From Hormiphora californensis (taxonomy: Eukaryota; Animalia; Ctenophora), in NCBI GenBank assembly GCA_020137815.1, contig CM035361.1:6510001-6574000 (forward strand): 64,000 nt of DNA, read 5' to 3'. Positions 13,445-41,536 of this stretch are shown piece after piece. How positions within the stretch are numbered: the stretch's first letter is position 1; every line of letters begins with the position of its first letter. The notes beneath the pieces were generated by a model. It worked only from the letters and a program-made list of their open reading frames with translations, ran no database searches and was not told the origin of the DNA. The translations under genes and the position numbers were made by a program.

Positions 13445-14608
13445 TAGTTAGGGGTAATAACACCGAATATCGCCTTGACTGGGAAAAAATTTGTGTCAAG
13501 CTGATTTCTTCACTAACGTGTCCCAATGGGTCCCCTCTAGCCCTCCTGAGTTTTTTCAAACTCGGGATGGAGTGCAACATGTTCATTTCCGGGTTTACTT
13601 TTTACCTGCATTTCTAGCCTGAGGCCAAAAACGTAACTACCCTTAGGAAAGGAGTAGAGAAAAAATCGAGGACACTAGAGTGATCAGCGTCCTCGCATTA
13701 GTGGGGGTAGGTGCCGGAATGAAGTCTCTATCTCATCTGGTTAATTAGATAATTGGATAATTAGGTTTGCGCATAACCGTTTTTTGGTTATATGGCTATA
13801 GCCACTTAGGAAGGGTTTAGAGACTTTTCATTGGTGCCATTTTGTAGGCAATAGCCAAGTTGTGGGGGGTCGACGTCGGACTTTTAAGCTCTATCTTCAA
13901 CCGTTTAGCCGTTATTTGGCTTTTAAGATGCTCAAAATCGGGCTTTTTACCGTATTTTGCTCATTTTGAGCATCTTAAAAGCCAAATAACGGCTAAACGG
14001 TTGAAGATAGGGCTTAAAAGTCCGACGTCGACCCCCACAACTTGGCTATTGCCTACAAAATGGCACCAATGAAAAGGCTCTAAACCATTTCTAAGTGGCT
14101 ATAGCCATATAACCAAAAAACGGTTATGCACAAACCTAATTATCCAATTATCTAATTAACCAGATGAAATAGAGACTTAATTTCAGCACCTACCCCCACT
14201 AATTCGAGGACGCTGATCATTTTAGTGCCCTCGGTTTTGTCTCTACTCCTTTCCTAAGTGGCTATAGCCATATAGCCAACAAACGGTTGTGCGCAAACCT
14301 AATTATCCAATTATCTAATTAACCAGATGGGATAGAGACTTAATTCCGGCACCTACCCCCACTAATGCGAGGACGCTGATCACTCTAGTGTCCTCGATTT
14401 TTTCTCTACTCCTTTCCTAAGGGTAGTTACGTTTTTGGCCTCAGGCTAGAAATGCAGGTAAAAAGTAAACCCGGAAATGAACATGTTGCACTCCATCCCG
14501 AGTTTGAAAAAACTCAGGAGGGCTAGAGGGGACCCATTGGGACACGTTAGTGAAGAAATCAGCTTGACACAAATTTTTTCCCAGTCACCCGACTACTGCC
14601 CCTAACTA
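13445..14608. mobile_element. Foldback/palindromic non-autonomous element (~1.16 kb)
   Basis: 13477-~13940 (TGACTGGGAAAAAATTTGTGTCAAGCTG...) is mirrored near-perfectly by ~13963-14587 (...CAGCTTGACACAAATTTTTTCCCAGTCA). The right arm has an extra internal duplication. Outer ends TAGTTAGGGG / CCCCTAACTA. No TSD identified. Confidence 0.8.
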
Positions 14609-15056
14609 GATGTAAAAAGAAGGAAATATATCGCAAGGTTGAAAGAGAAGGAGATGGAAATGGTGTTTGTGTTGTTAAGAGAATTATTATAGAGATAGTG
14701 AGTGAGAAAGAAAGGAAGAGAGTTACATGAAATAGAGAAAGTAGCAACAAGAAAAAATCCCAGATGGAACTCTCTATGTTATTGGTAACCCTATACGACA
14801 CACACACTAAAGTGTTGTAAATACACGAAATGTGTAATTGTATAGCTCCAAACCATACGCCCCCAACTAAATTGTGTGATACAATTAGAGAAGAGATAGT
14901 GGGATTCTGGGATCTGTTTCCATTACTAACTCACTAATCATGGTAAAACGGGTTTTACATGAATAGGAGGGTTTGAGGGGTGGCCTGTCATGAACTGTTA
15001 AACCTCGATTTGATACCGAAATCTTCGGTGGAAGGGTTTTTGGCAGGTGCACAGTT

Positions 15057-16385
15057 GCTCGACAGTCTATTTCTGGCTGCTATTTCTGGCTGCTATTTCT
15101 GGCTGCTATTTCTGGCTGCTATTTCTGGCTGCTAAAATCTATTTCTGGCTGCTAGACCTATTTCTGGCTGCAAGCACCCAGAAATAGGTCTAGCAGCCAG
15201 AAATAGATTTTAGCAGCCAGAAATAGCAAGCACCCAGAAATAGGTCTAGCAGCCAGAAATAGATTTTAGCAGCCAGAAATAGGGTCTAGCAGCCAGAAAT
15301 AGGGTTTCTCTCACGTGATCTCTCTATCTCTGTATGGGATACGAGAGACGAATCGGTGAAGTGATTCGGTATCTGCAACTAATTGGGTATGGGATACGGG
15401 AAACGAATCGGTGAAATGATTCGGTATCTGCAACTAATTTGGTATGGGATACGGGAAACGAATCGGTGAAATGATTCGGTATCTGCAACTAATTGGGTAT
15501 GGGATACGAGAGGAACCTCTTTTGTTTTACCGGTCCTCTAGGTCCAAACTTGAAATTCAAGACATCGAATATGTGTTATCACACCCATTGCGTCAAATCA
15601 CCGATAAACTGATCTCATATCACGCTGTGTAACATTTCGGGATAGGATAACCGATAAACAGATCTCTTATCGTGTAACTTTTCATGCCTCGTGTCACAAA
15701 CAAGGTGGATGGGATCCATTATGACAATCCATTATAAAAGGCCAAATTTTTGACGTCAAGGCATCGCAATCAATTATGTCTCTGTTACGAAGCCGCCACC
15801 GGACAGCTCCTATACCTTCTCTCCCACGAAACGACAAAACCACGAACACTCCTTGGTCGGGGACAACATCGAGGAGGAGGCTCGACACTTGCTCCCTCTG
15901 TAATCTGTATGGAGGGAAGACACCAGCTTCAGGCCTGCCCTCTGAACAGGCCCACATCTCCGCTCCGGATCCTGCGGCGTTTCAACCTGTGTGCCTGCTG
16001 GGAGGTATCGAGGAACGTAAACCTGGACCCGAATACGCACATCGAGAGGACCATAGTGGACCAGTTCCAATGCAACCACCATCTTCCTCGCCAACACGTC
16101 CAGCAGCAGCGCCCGACTGAGGACTACACCATACTCGATCTGCAACTAATTTGGCAGGTTCCGTATCCCATACCCAATTAGTTGCAGATACCGAATCATT
16201 TCACCGATTCACCCATACAGAGATAAAAAGATCACGTGAGAGAAACCCTATTTCTGGCTGCTAGACCTATTTCTGGGTGCTTGCAGCCAGAAATAGATTT
16301 TAGCAGCCAGAAATAGATTTTAGCAGCCAGAAATAGCAGCCAGAAATAGCAGCCAGAAATAGCAGCCAGAAATAGACTGTCGAGC
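15057..16385. mobile_element. Foldback-type element with modular inverted arms and a unique GC-rich core
   Basis: Ends GCTCGACAGTCTATTTCTGGCTG / CAGCCAGAAATAGACTGTCGAGC. Arms are built of 13-bp CTATTTCTGGCTG units. Three ~55-bp direct repeats at 15332-15510 are mirrored at ~16140-16245. No TSD seen. Confidence 0.78.
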
Positions 16386-18382
16386 CCAAATGTTTACCTT
16401 TTGCATTGGGGGCTATCTAGTATATGATTTGATATAATGGTCGACTTTGTAGGGGGGGGGGGAAAACCCGTCTGGCGTCTAGACGCCACCCCTGGACAAA
16501 CAGCGGAGAGTGGAGTCAGATCTGTCAGAGCATTGGCCTGACCCTATTCATAAGAGCGCACGAGAACCGTGGTAAGAGAATTGGCCTGACAGAGTCAGAC
16601 AGACAAACAAACATTAGCATTGTACAAACATGAAAATACTGGCCTATCCGCAGATTAGTGTGTCACGTGCCTCGACCCACCGACACATTGATAAGATAAG
16701 GTTTTCAGTTCTTTACCAGTGCAAGAAACCCGTTTGAATTTCAGGCCACCTTTTTGTTGCAACAAAATCTTAAACTCAGAGATCTCCAATTACAACAAAA
16801 TATATTTATATCCTATAACAATAAAAACTTCGAGTGAAACAAGCGCCAGAATATCCCCAGTCACTTTTCTCCCCCTCTCTCAGTCTCACCTCTCTCTTTC
16901 CCTCACACCCCTCCCTCCCTACCCAAATCAGTCTGCAAATTAACTGTCCCTTTTCTAAGAATTCCCCATCTCATTCGATCAACTTCTTGGCCTTGAAGAT
17001 CGTTTGAGGTAGAACCCTGCCATAGAGCTAGACACGTAAAACTGCCATAGAGAATACACTGAACCAGAGGACTCGCTGTTGGTAGATTCTGAAATGGTAA
17101 ATGGGGTGTTAGAAGTTGTAAAATTGTTGGGGGATTGTGAGTCTGCTTGTGAGTGCTGCGTCTGGTGGATAACTTGCCCGAAGTTGTTGAAGTGGGATGC
17201 GGAGAGGAGTGGAATGGGAGCAGTGGAGTTTTCAATCCTGGGCACACACAGACGTGGCAGGTTGTGCGCGTCATCGAGTTAGCGCGGGAATTTGTAAGTG
17301 GGTGACACCGCGCGCTACGCAAAGTATGAGATTGGTCCCTAACGTGGCAAATCTGATGTCTCACAACGATAAACTCTTGTTACCAGAACAACCAAGATTG
17401 AATATTTTATAGGGGGTTTATGAGATGTTCCAGGAGTGGTGGATTGGTTACCAGGACTTAACATTTTGTCCACAATTACGGACAACTGTAATTCTATGTG
17501 GACTCTATAATGTGGAGTCCACATTGTGGATCGTAATAGCATTTTCAAATTCATACCATTAGTATCCCTCTCAGCTTCTCTCGAGTTCCATGTACTGGAA
17601 ATCGTTACAATGGCTTCAGATAGATCTTCTAGTTTCTTCAATTCTAGTTCCATGGGCTTCAACTTTTCAGCCTGGTAATGGGTTAGTGATTTTATTGGCT
17701 GATTTTGCCACATTCGTTCTCCTTTCACCATCTCTTTCTTTTTTTTGAATGCTAGGATGATGAGTTTGCCAAAACGGAAGCCAGGGGATTGACAACGAGA
17801 CACATATTGTTTCATTACCTTTGAGATTTCATTGTAAGCCTTCGCTTCAACTCCCCTCTGATAGATAAATTCACATCGAGATCCGGGGCAGGGGGACTCC
17901 TCCCTGTCACCTAAAGTATTAGTGTGTGTCAGGAAATTATAAAATATCTCCTCCAGAATTGGCTAAAAATACTTTTTAGGGTATAATCCCCCCCCACTAT
18001 CTAAAACTGTCTAAACCTGAAGACGTGTGAAACAAAGTGTTCTCGAAACTCATGTCAATTATCTAAACTTGTCTTACTCGGATTTCCGTTGACCTTTAAA
18101 ACATACACTGAACATATCATAATCGTCCAGCGTGAAGGAAAACTTTCCACTTTCAGCCTGGATGAGAACAGCTTAGATTGGAAGATTAAAGGATATTTTA
18201 ATTCAGATTTCACAACTCCCTTCATTTCCCCATGTCTCCTATTCCCCCTTCTCGATGTGTCTTTCTTGCTCGACCCTCTCTCTCACCAGAGGGATAAACA
18301 TTACAAGGTACTGTATTATACGCTCATATGTACCACACTCATACCACATACCACATACCGGGGAGAGGAGCGGGTTGCCATG

Positions 18383-18610
18383 GTGACAAATAGTGACAAA
18401 TAGTGACAAATAGTGACAAATAGTGACAAATAGTGACAAATAGTGGTAATTGGTGACAAATGTGAATTGGTGACAATGATGACAATAGTGACAAATGTGA
18501 CAAATAGCGACAAATAGTGACAAATAGTGACAATAGTGACAAATAGTGGCAATTGGTAAAAAGTAGTGACAAATAGTGACAAATAGTGGCAATTGGTGAC
18601 AAATAGTGAC
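18383..18610. repeat. 12-bp minisatellite (GTGACAAATAGT-like) in TMED10 intron 2
   Basis: Direct tandem repeats adjacent to the exon 2 donor. Confidence 0.9.
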
Positions 18611-18906
18611 GCGGTAACATACCTTCTCCTTGGCAAACAGTTTCCCGTCTTTACTATCAGTCACGGTAATATCAACATCATGAGATCCCTGTAGACCTTC
18701 AATCTTGAACTCCCCAACCACTAGAACACCTTTATGTACCTCCTCCTTGATGCATCTTGTACCTGAGAAGGGCGGGGGAGAAACATTCTTCGTCAGGGAA
18801 TCAAGATATTTGCTTAATTTTGTTATGTTTATAAGAATTATGAGAGTCACAAAAGTAAATATTAAGAGGAGCGGGGTTGCCATTGCGGGTTCTCAAGTTC
18901 ATATTA

Positions 18907-19110
18907 AGTTAACATCAAGTATTAACAATCCCTCACTTCTTACCTTCAGGGTTCTAAAGTTAACATCAAGTATTAACAATCCCTCACGTCTTACCTTCAG
19001 GGTTCCAAAGTTAACATCAAGTATTAACAATCCCTCACGTCTTACCTTCAGGGTTCTAATGTTCATATCAAGTTAACATTAATAATCCCTTACTTCTTAC
19101 CTTCAGGGTT
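18907..19110 (-). repeat. ~48-bp repeat x4 containing the TMED10 exon 1 donor (AACCCTGAAG|GTAAG)
   Basis: CTTACCTTCAGGGTT occurs at ~18939, ~18990, ~19041 and ~19096. Only the last copy is contiguous with the exon. Confidence 0.85.
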
Positions 19111-19136
19111 AAGTTTGAAGGAAAGTGCGGAGATGA

Positions 19137-36450
<17,314 letters not shown>

Positions 36451-37015
36451 ACTGTAATAATTGTTAGCATTGTGAGGTCGGGTTAGGATACAGTCGATCA
36501 ATTTATCGGGATGCCATAGGGATAAACAGTTTTTCCCGGTAAAGCGGGGTCCGACTGCAGTCCATTCAGGAGACATGGAATGTACTGGACAAGGGGAAAT
36601 GGCGGAGATAGCAAAGCCAAGTAAAACGCAACGTGTGAACGCTTGTACCAAAAAAGTTGTAATAAATAGAGTGGTAGCACGCAAAAACACACAAAAACAT
36701 GTTAAAATGGAAACCCAAGCTCAGCCCGAGCTATTTTGGGGAGGAAAAGTGTAAAAATTAGGCAAACAAACCAAACAAATTCTAACTGTTCAACTTTTTT
36801 CTGAACGAAAAAGGGGATAAGAGCCGAATTATATACTCAACTAAACGCTGATTCAACACACAAAAAGCATAGTTATAGATTGGTAACGGAATTACCCCTA
36901 CCTATCGTGATACCTACGAGGGCCAGGGGTAATTTCGTTACCATAGTTATAGAACTGTTATAGAAGTGTTTATAGCTCTTTGTTCTTGTTTTTGTTGCAT
37001 ACTTTCTCGAAGTAC

Positions 37016-40000
37016 TTATAGCTCGGCTTTGTTCTTGTTCTTGTTGCATACTTTCTCAAAGTACTCCAATTTACCGCTGGGATCAGGTTTCAGGGTGTCC
37101 GCACCGGGGGTCCAGTTGGCGGGGCAAACCTCGCCATGCTTATCGGTATACTGAGAGAGAGAGGAGGGGTGGTTAGAGTAGGTTAGAGGTATACTGGGGG
37201 AGGAGGTTAAGGGTGGTTAGGGGTTTACTGGAGGAGTTTAGGGGAGTTTAGGGGTGGTTAGGGGTGGTTATCGGTATACTGGGTGAAGAGGGGTGGTTAG
37301 GGGTGGTTAGGGGTGGTTGGGGGAGGTAGGGGAGGTTAAGAGTGGTTATCGGTTTACTGGGGGAGGATAGGGGTGGTTAGAGGTATACTGGGGGAGGTGG
37401 TTAGGGGTGGTTAGGGGTGGTAGGGGTGGTAAGGGGAGGTAGGGGAGGATAGGGGCGGCTATCGGTATACTGGGGGAGGTTAGGGGTGGTTAAGGGGCGG
37501 CTATCGGTATACTGGGGGAGGTTAGGGGTGGTTAGGAGAGGTAGGGGTGGTTAGGGGAGTTTAGGAGTGGTTAGAGGTATACTGGGGGAGGAGGGCCAGG
37601 GGTGGTTAGGGGTGGTTAATAGTGGTTATCGGTATACTGGGGGAGTTTAGGGGTGGTTAGGGGTGGTTAACGGTTTACTGGGGGAGGTTAGGGGTGGTTA
37701 GGGGTGGTTAACGGTTTACTGGGGGAGGTTAGGGGTGGTTAAGGGTGGTTAAGAGTGGGCGGTTAAACGGTATACTGGGAAGGGTGGCCGGTGGTTAGAG
37801 TAGGGGTTGGGAGGGGAGGTTAGGGGTGGCTAGAGGTATACTGGGGGAAGGAGGATACAAGTTTAGAGGAGGTAGGGGTGGATCCGGTATTGTAGTGGGA
37901 GAGGGGCGGTTGGGGGAGAGATAAGAGGGGAGGGCCAAGGGAGGTTATGTCAACTTAGGGCCCTATTATCGGTTTACTCAGTACAAAGGTAATAGGGATA
38001 CGCTAAGACGATACAAGTTGGTTTGTTCGTTTTTTTTGTCACTAAACCATGGAATACGCTTCTAAGCAGTCAGCAAACCTCCATACCATCCCGGGTATGT
38101 GGTAACTATGGCGCTTTTTTGCCTTTGTGATGGTCTTGAGTTGATAGGTGTGTAAAAGGTGGAATCATTACCTGGAAAGCCTGAACAAGTCGGAGTGTTT
38201 CATCGACTGAACGTCCGACAGGTAGGTCATTCATTGTGATCTGTCGCAGAATACCTGCGGGGATTTGGAGGATTTATAATGTGTTTTTATTTTAGGGACA
38301 TATATAAACTACATCTTTAAAAACTATTAAATGGTAAAAAGTACGGTTATTTTATAAAACAAAATATACTGATATTCAATATTTGTCTCAGTACCATTGC
38401 ATCTGAGTACACTCCAGGAACCAACCGAATCAGGGAATACTGGTCCCTGATTGGCTGATAACCAGCCCTTGATTGAGTGTTTGAAATATTTGAACTTTCA
38501 TTGTTTTCCGTACTCATTCTAAATGTTGACCACGATAAAAAGTCACGTGACCTAAATAACGAGTTCTGATTGGTTGTTTACTTGTTTCGGTCGGTTCCTG
38601 GTACACTTCACATCTACCTTCAAAATTTCATTAAAACTCCACAAACACTAAAACAATATCAGTAAAATTGGTCCCTGTCTTACCCTCCTTCAACAAACAA
38701 CCAACGCTATCTAGCGCTGTGTAAGAATCATTATTATCTAACAACCCCTCCAATACCTCCAAATCTTCATTTGATATCGGCGTATCAGATGAAACTAAAG
38801 CTCCAGAGGCATCCGTTGGCCCGTCCTGTCCATCAGTTGATGTCGCCAAAATAGTAACTTTTATCTCCCTCCCTCCTTCTCTTGACTTTTGTTTCTGAAT
38901 CTCAAGCAGGGCTGATAGAGCAAGTTCCTGCAACCGTCCACCTTTACCACTTCCTCGTATTGTAACAGTAGTCTCACCTCCAAACACAAAACAACAACTC
39001 CTCTTTGTCGATATTATTTTCCTGAACCCCTCATCAGAGAACTGGGTGTCCTGATCCCCAAACACAGATCTAATAATATCCCTGCCCACGTCCCGTGCTT
39101 CTCCACACATCCCGCTAGTTACAAGATAGTTGGGAATATGAGCATCATTGAGCGTGTCAATAGCAGCGGTTACGGCACATGATTGAGATGCTATTATGAT
39201 GTTGGAGAGATGAGGACACTTTGGAAGATCTTTAGTCTGAGAGGTATTGAGAAGTGTTAGGGCTGACTCAGGGACGGTGACACCTAAACTTTTGATAACA
39301 TCCAATCCACATTTTGTTGTCATGACAACCTCATTAGCAACGAGAGTTGGGCCACTGGCTATCACTTCAATTGGATCACCAATTACATCAGATATGATCA
39401 GACTCACAACAGTGCCAGCATTTTGTAGTTCCCGTGCCAGGCCGCCCTGTTTAACTCTATCTAACTGCCCCCGGACCGCATTCAACTCCCCAATACTTGC
39501 ACCTGATTTCACCAGCGCATCAATTGTATTCAACATATCAGGGAGAGGGATGAGAGGATCGGAAAACAATGCCGAACCACCACCCGATATCAAAACGATA
39601 CAAACATCACTTTCTGTTAGTTTACCAGCTTGTGCCATGATGGAACGAGATGTTCCGATACTGTCCTTATCTGGCATGTTGTTCAAGGCACCGGGGTTGA
39701 TTTGGAGAGATCGTCTGGAGGAAGAAGGAGGATAGCTTGTGTCATCGTGAGGTATTGACAAGATAGCTGTAGTGATGTGACTACTGAGCACTGAATCCAA
39801 TCCTTGGTACATGGACAGAACTGCCTTACCAAAACCAAAAACAGACACATTTCGATTGAGAACCATTGTTTTATTCTTAATTGTTAGTGTGTCCCCTTTT
39901 AATACTAAACTTTGTCGCACTAATGTTTCAGGATTTAGTTTGGAAAGGATTGAAGAGAGGATGGCTCGGTAAGGATGGGACATTAGGGACATGTCGCTGG

Positions 40001-41032
40001 ATTTGGGAATTATTTAGTCAGCTACTATGGAACAAAATCATAACTAAACAACAAACAAAAACATATTACATCTGTTTTCCATGCAAGGGAGAGAAATTAC
40101 TGATCAGTTTCCTTTAAAAAAACTCACAACCCACCTTTATCATCAATAATGAAAAGTCCCCGCCCATGACCCACCTTTATCATCGATAATGAAAAGACCC
40201 CTAAGAGTGTGTCCCTCGTCCTCCAACAAAACTCCATAATCCCGTGAAATACTTCTGGTTAGATCACTCAAGATAGGAATATCCATGTCTCCTAGACCAC
40301 CCTTGTTTCGGGGTGTGTTGATCCACGCGAGATGGGTGAATTTACTGTCAACTGAGGCTGCAATAACCTGGTGAGAGAAGTGTGGGGTGATTGTACCAGC
40401 CAGGGGGGGGGGCTTTTGAGTGGGATGATTGTACTCTCTACTCTCCAGCCAGAGCGGGGGTTTTGAGATATATCTAGGGAGAGCTGACGTTCACTAAATA
40501 ATATACGACATAGTGTTCAGCATTAAATTACTATGTAGTTGTGACAACTCTGTCTTACCGCGGTGTTAATGTCCTCAAACTCTTTGTTACGATCATTGAA
40601 GGCAATAATCTCCGTTGGACAGACAAAGGTGAAATCCAGAGGATAGAAAAACAGAACGACATACTTTCCTAAAAATTTTCAGTGTTAGATACCCATAGCA
40701 TAAGATGAATCCGATAAAATGAATGGGTAAAGTTACCTTTAAAGCTGGAGAGAGTTATGTCCTCAAATTTTCCTTTCACTACGGCAGCTGCAGTGAAATC
40801 AGGAGCTGGTTTACTGATACGGGCTTTGACCACACCCAACGCATGATCGTAGACCTGAAAAACGGTCAAATTTAACATTCAATTGCAGGGAGCAGGCAGG
40901 TGACCAGCCGCAATTTAGCAAATGTGTTCCAATTTTTACCTTGGGGCCATATCCGAAGATTCCGTTCATGGGGCATGCTTCGTCTGAAGCAGCAGCTAAG
41001 GCTACCAGTACAAAAAGGAGAAGGAATTTCAT
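37016..41032 (-). CDS. PRDX4: Typical 2-Cys peroxiredoxin, secretory/ER type (peroxiredoxin-4-like), 6 exons
   Basis: Exon 1 [20 protein letters not shown] (signal peptide); exon 2 [17 protein letters not shown]; exon 3 [23 protein letters not shown] (peroxidatic Cys); exon 4 (~40367-40175) [28 protein letters not shown]; exon 5 (38254-38172) [27 protein letters not shown]; exon 6 (37150-37016) [20 protein letters not shown]. Confidence 0.95.
37165..37980. repeat. G-rich minisatellite (AGGGGTGGTT units interspersed with TATCGGTATACTG) in PRDX4 intron 5
   Basis: Repeated GGGGTGGTTA. The embedded ATCGGTATACTG is the reverse complement of CAG|TATACCGAT, the PRDX4 exon 6 acceptor and first codons. 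Confidence 0.85.
38414..38601. mobile_element. CCAGGAACC MITE copy with ~75-bp internal insertion, just 3' of the glycerate kinase stop
   Basis: Both termini present. Flanks GTACACTC / GTACACTT give a near-8-bp duplication. Confidence 0.8.
38631..39992 (-). CDS. GLYCTK: Glycerate kinase (GLYCTK/TtuD, MOFRL family), single exon, nested in PRDX4 intron 4
   Basis: 453-aa ORF with [107 protein letters not shown]. Confidence 0.93.
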   Translation of the reverse strand: MSLMSHPYRAILSSILSKLNPETLVRQSLVLKGDTLTIKNKTMVLNRNVSVFGFGKAVLSMYQGLDSVLSSHITTAILSIPHDDTSYPPSSSRRSLQINPGALNNMPDKDSIGTSRSIMAQAGKLTESDVCIVLISGGGSALFSDPLIPLPDMLNTIDALVKSGASIGELNAVRGQLDRVKQGGLARELQNAGTVVSLIISDVIGDPIEVIASGPTLVANEVVMTTKCGLDVIKSLGVTVPESALTLLNTSQTKDLPKCPHLSNIIIASQSCAVTAAIDTLNDAHIPNYLVTSGMCGEARDVGRDIIRSVFGDQDTQFSDEGFRKIISTKRSCCFVFGGETTVTIRGSGKGGRLQELALSALLEIQKQKSREGGREIKVTILATSTDGQDGPTDASGALVSSDTPISNEDLEVLEGLLDNNDSYTALDSVGCLLKEGKTGTNFTDIVLVFVEF

Positions 41033-41536
41033 TTGAGAGAGAGGGTAACAGAACGAAAGTTGTAAAAAAAGTTCTGTTGATTTAAAAAAAGTTCAAAATT
41101 TGGCGAAATTATTTGAAGAAACTATAAAACGCGCGCGTTTAAATGCAGCGCAGTTAAAGAAACTGTTGCGGACTACATTAAATTACATAAAATGCAGCGT
41201 ACTTATTCATTTTTAACGAAATTTCGTTTGTTTTCAACTTTCGTGTTTTAAAAATTTCTCTCCAGTTTTTAAATTTCGAATTCAAGGACGTTTTCGCCTT
41301 CCAGGCTGCGAAGAGGGGTTTCTGAGAGGAATTTGTTCCCTTAAATGCTGATTACATACTGTATAAATTGTATACGGATTTCATGGCCAAAAGTTATTTC
41401 ACTGGGCAGAGGGCACTGATGCCCGTCGCCCGACTGCCGGCCGGCGGCTGCTGGGTGCGGAAGGTGACGGTTTTCGAGTTCATACTATTCTAATAGACGG
41501 TATCTTTTAAGGCTGTGCTATGGTGACGTGACCAAG
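41033..41536. promoter_or_regulatory. Probable bidirectional promoter region between divergent PRDX4 and calpain genes
   Basis: About 500 bp separate the two head-to-head start codons (41032 minus, 41537 plus). No specific motif is assigned. Confidence 0.45.

Noticed and set aside
14559-14807. Hydrophobic minus-strand ORF as first exon of the Ig gene
   Set aside because: No convincing ATG or splice phase could be established from sequence alone.
16971-17910. TMED10 as a pseudogene or programmed-frameshift gene
   Set aside because: Residues on either side of each indel remain highly conserved and similar 1-bp losses occur elsewhere in the window, so assembly error is the simpler explanation (cDNA needed to confirm).
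37200-37800. Interstitial telomere
   Set aside because: Unit is a 10-bp GGGGTGGTTA variant mixed with exon-junction sequence, not (TTAGGG)n.
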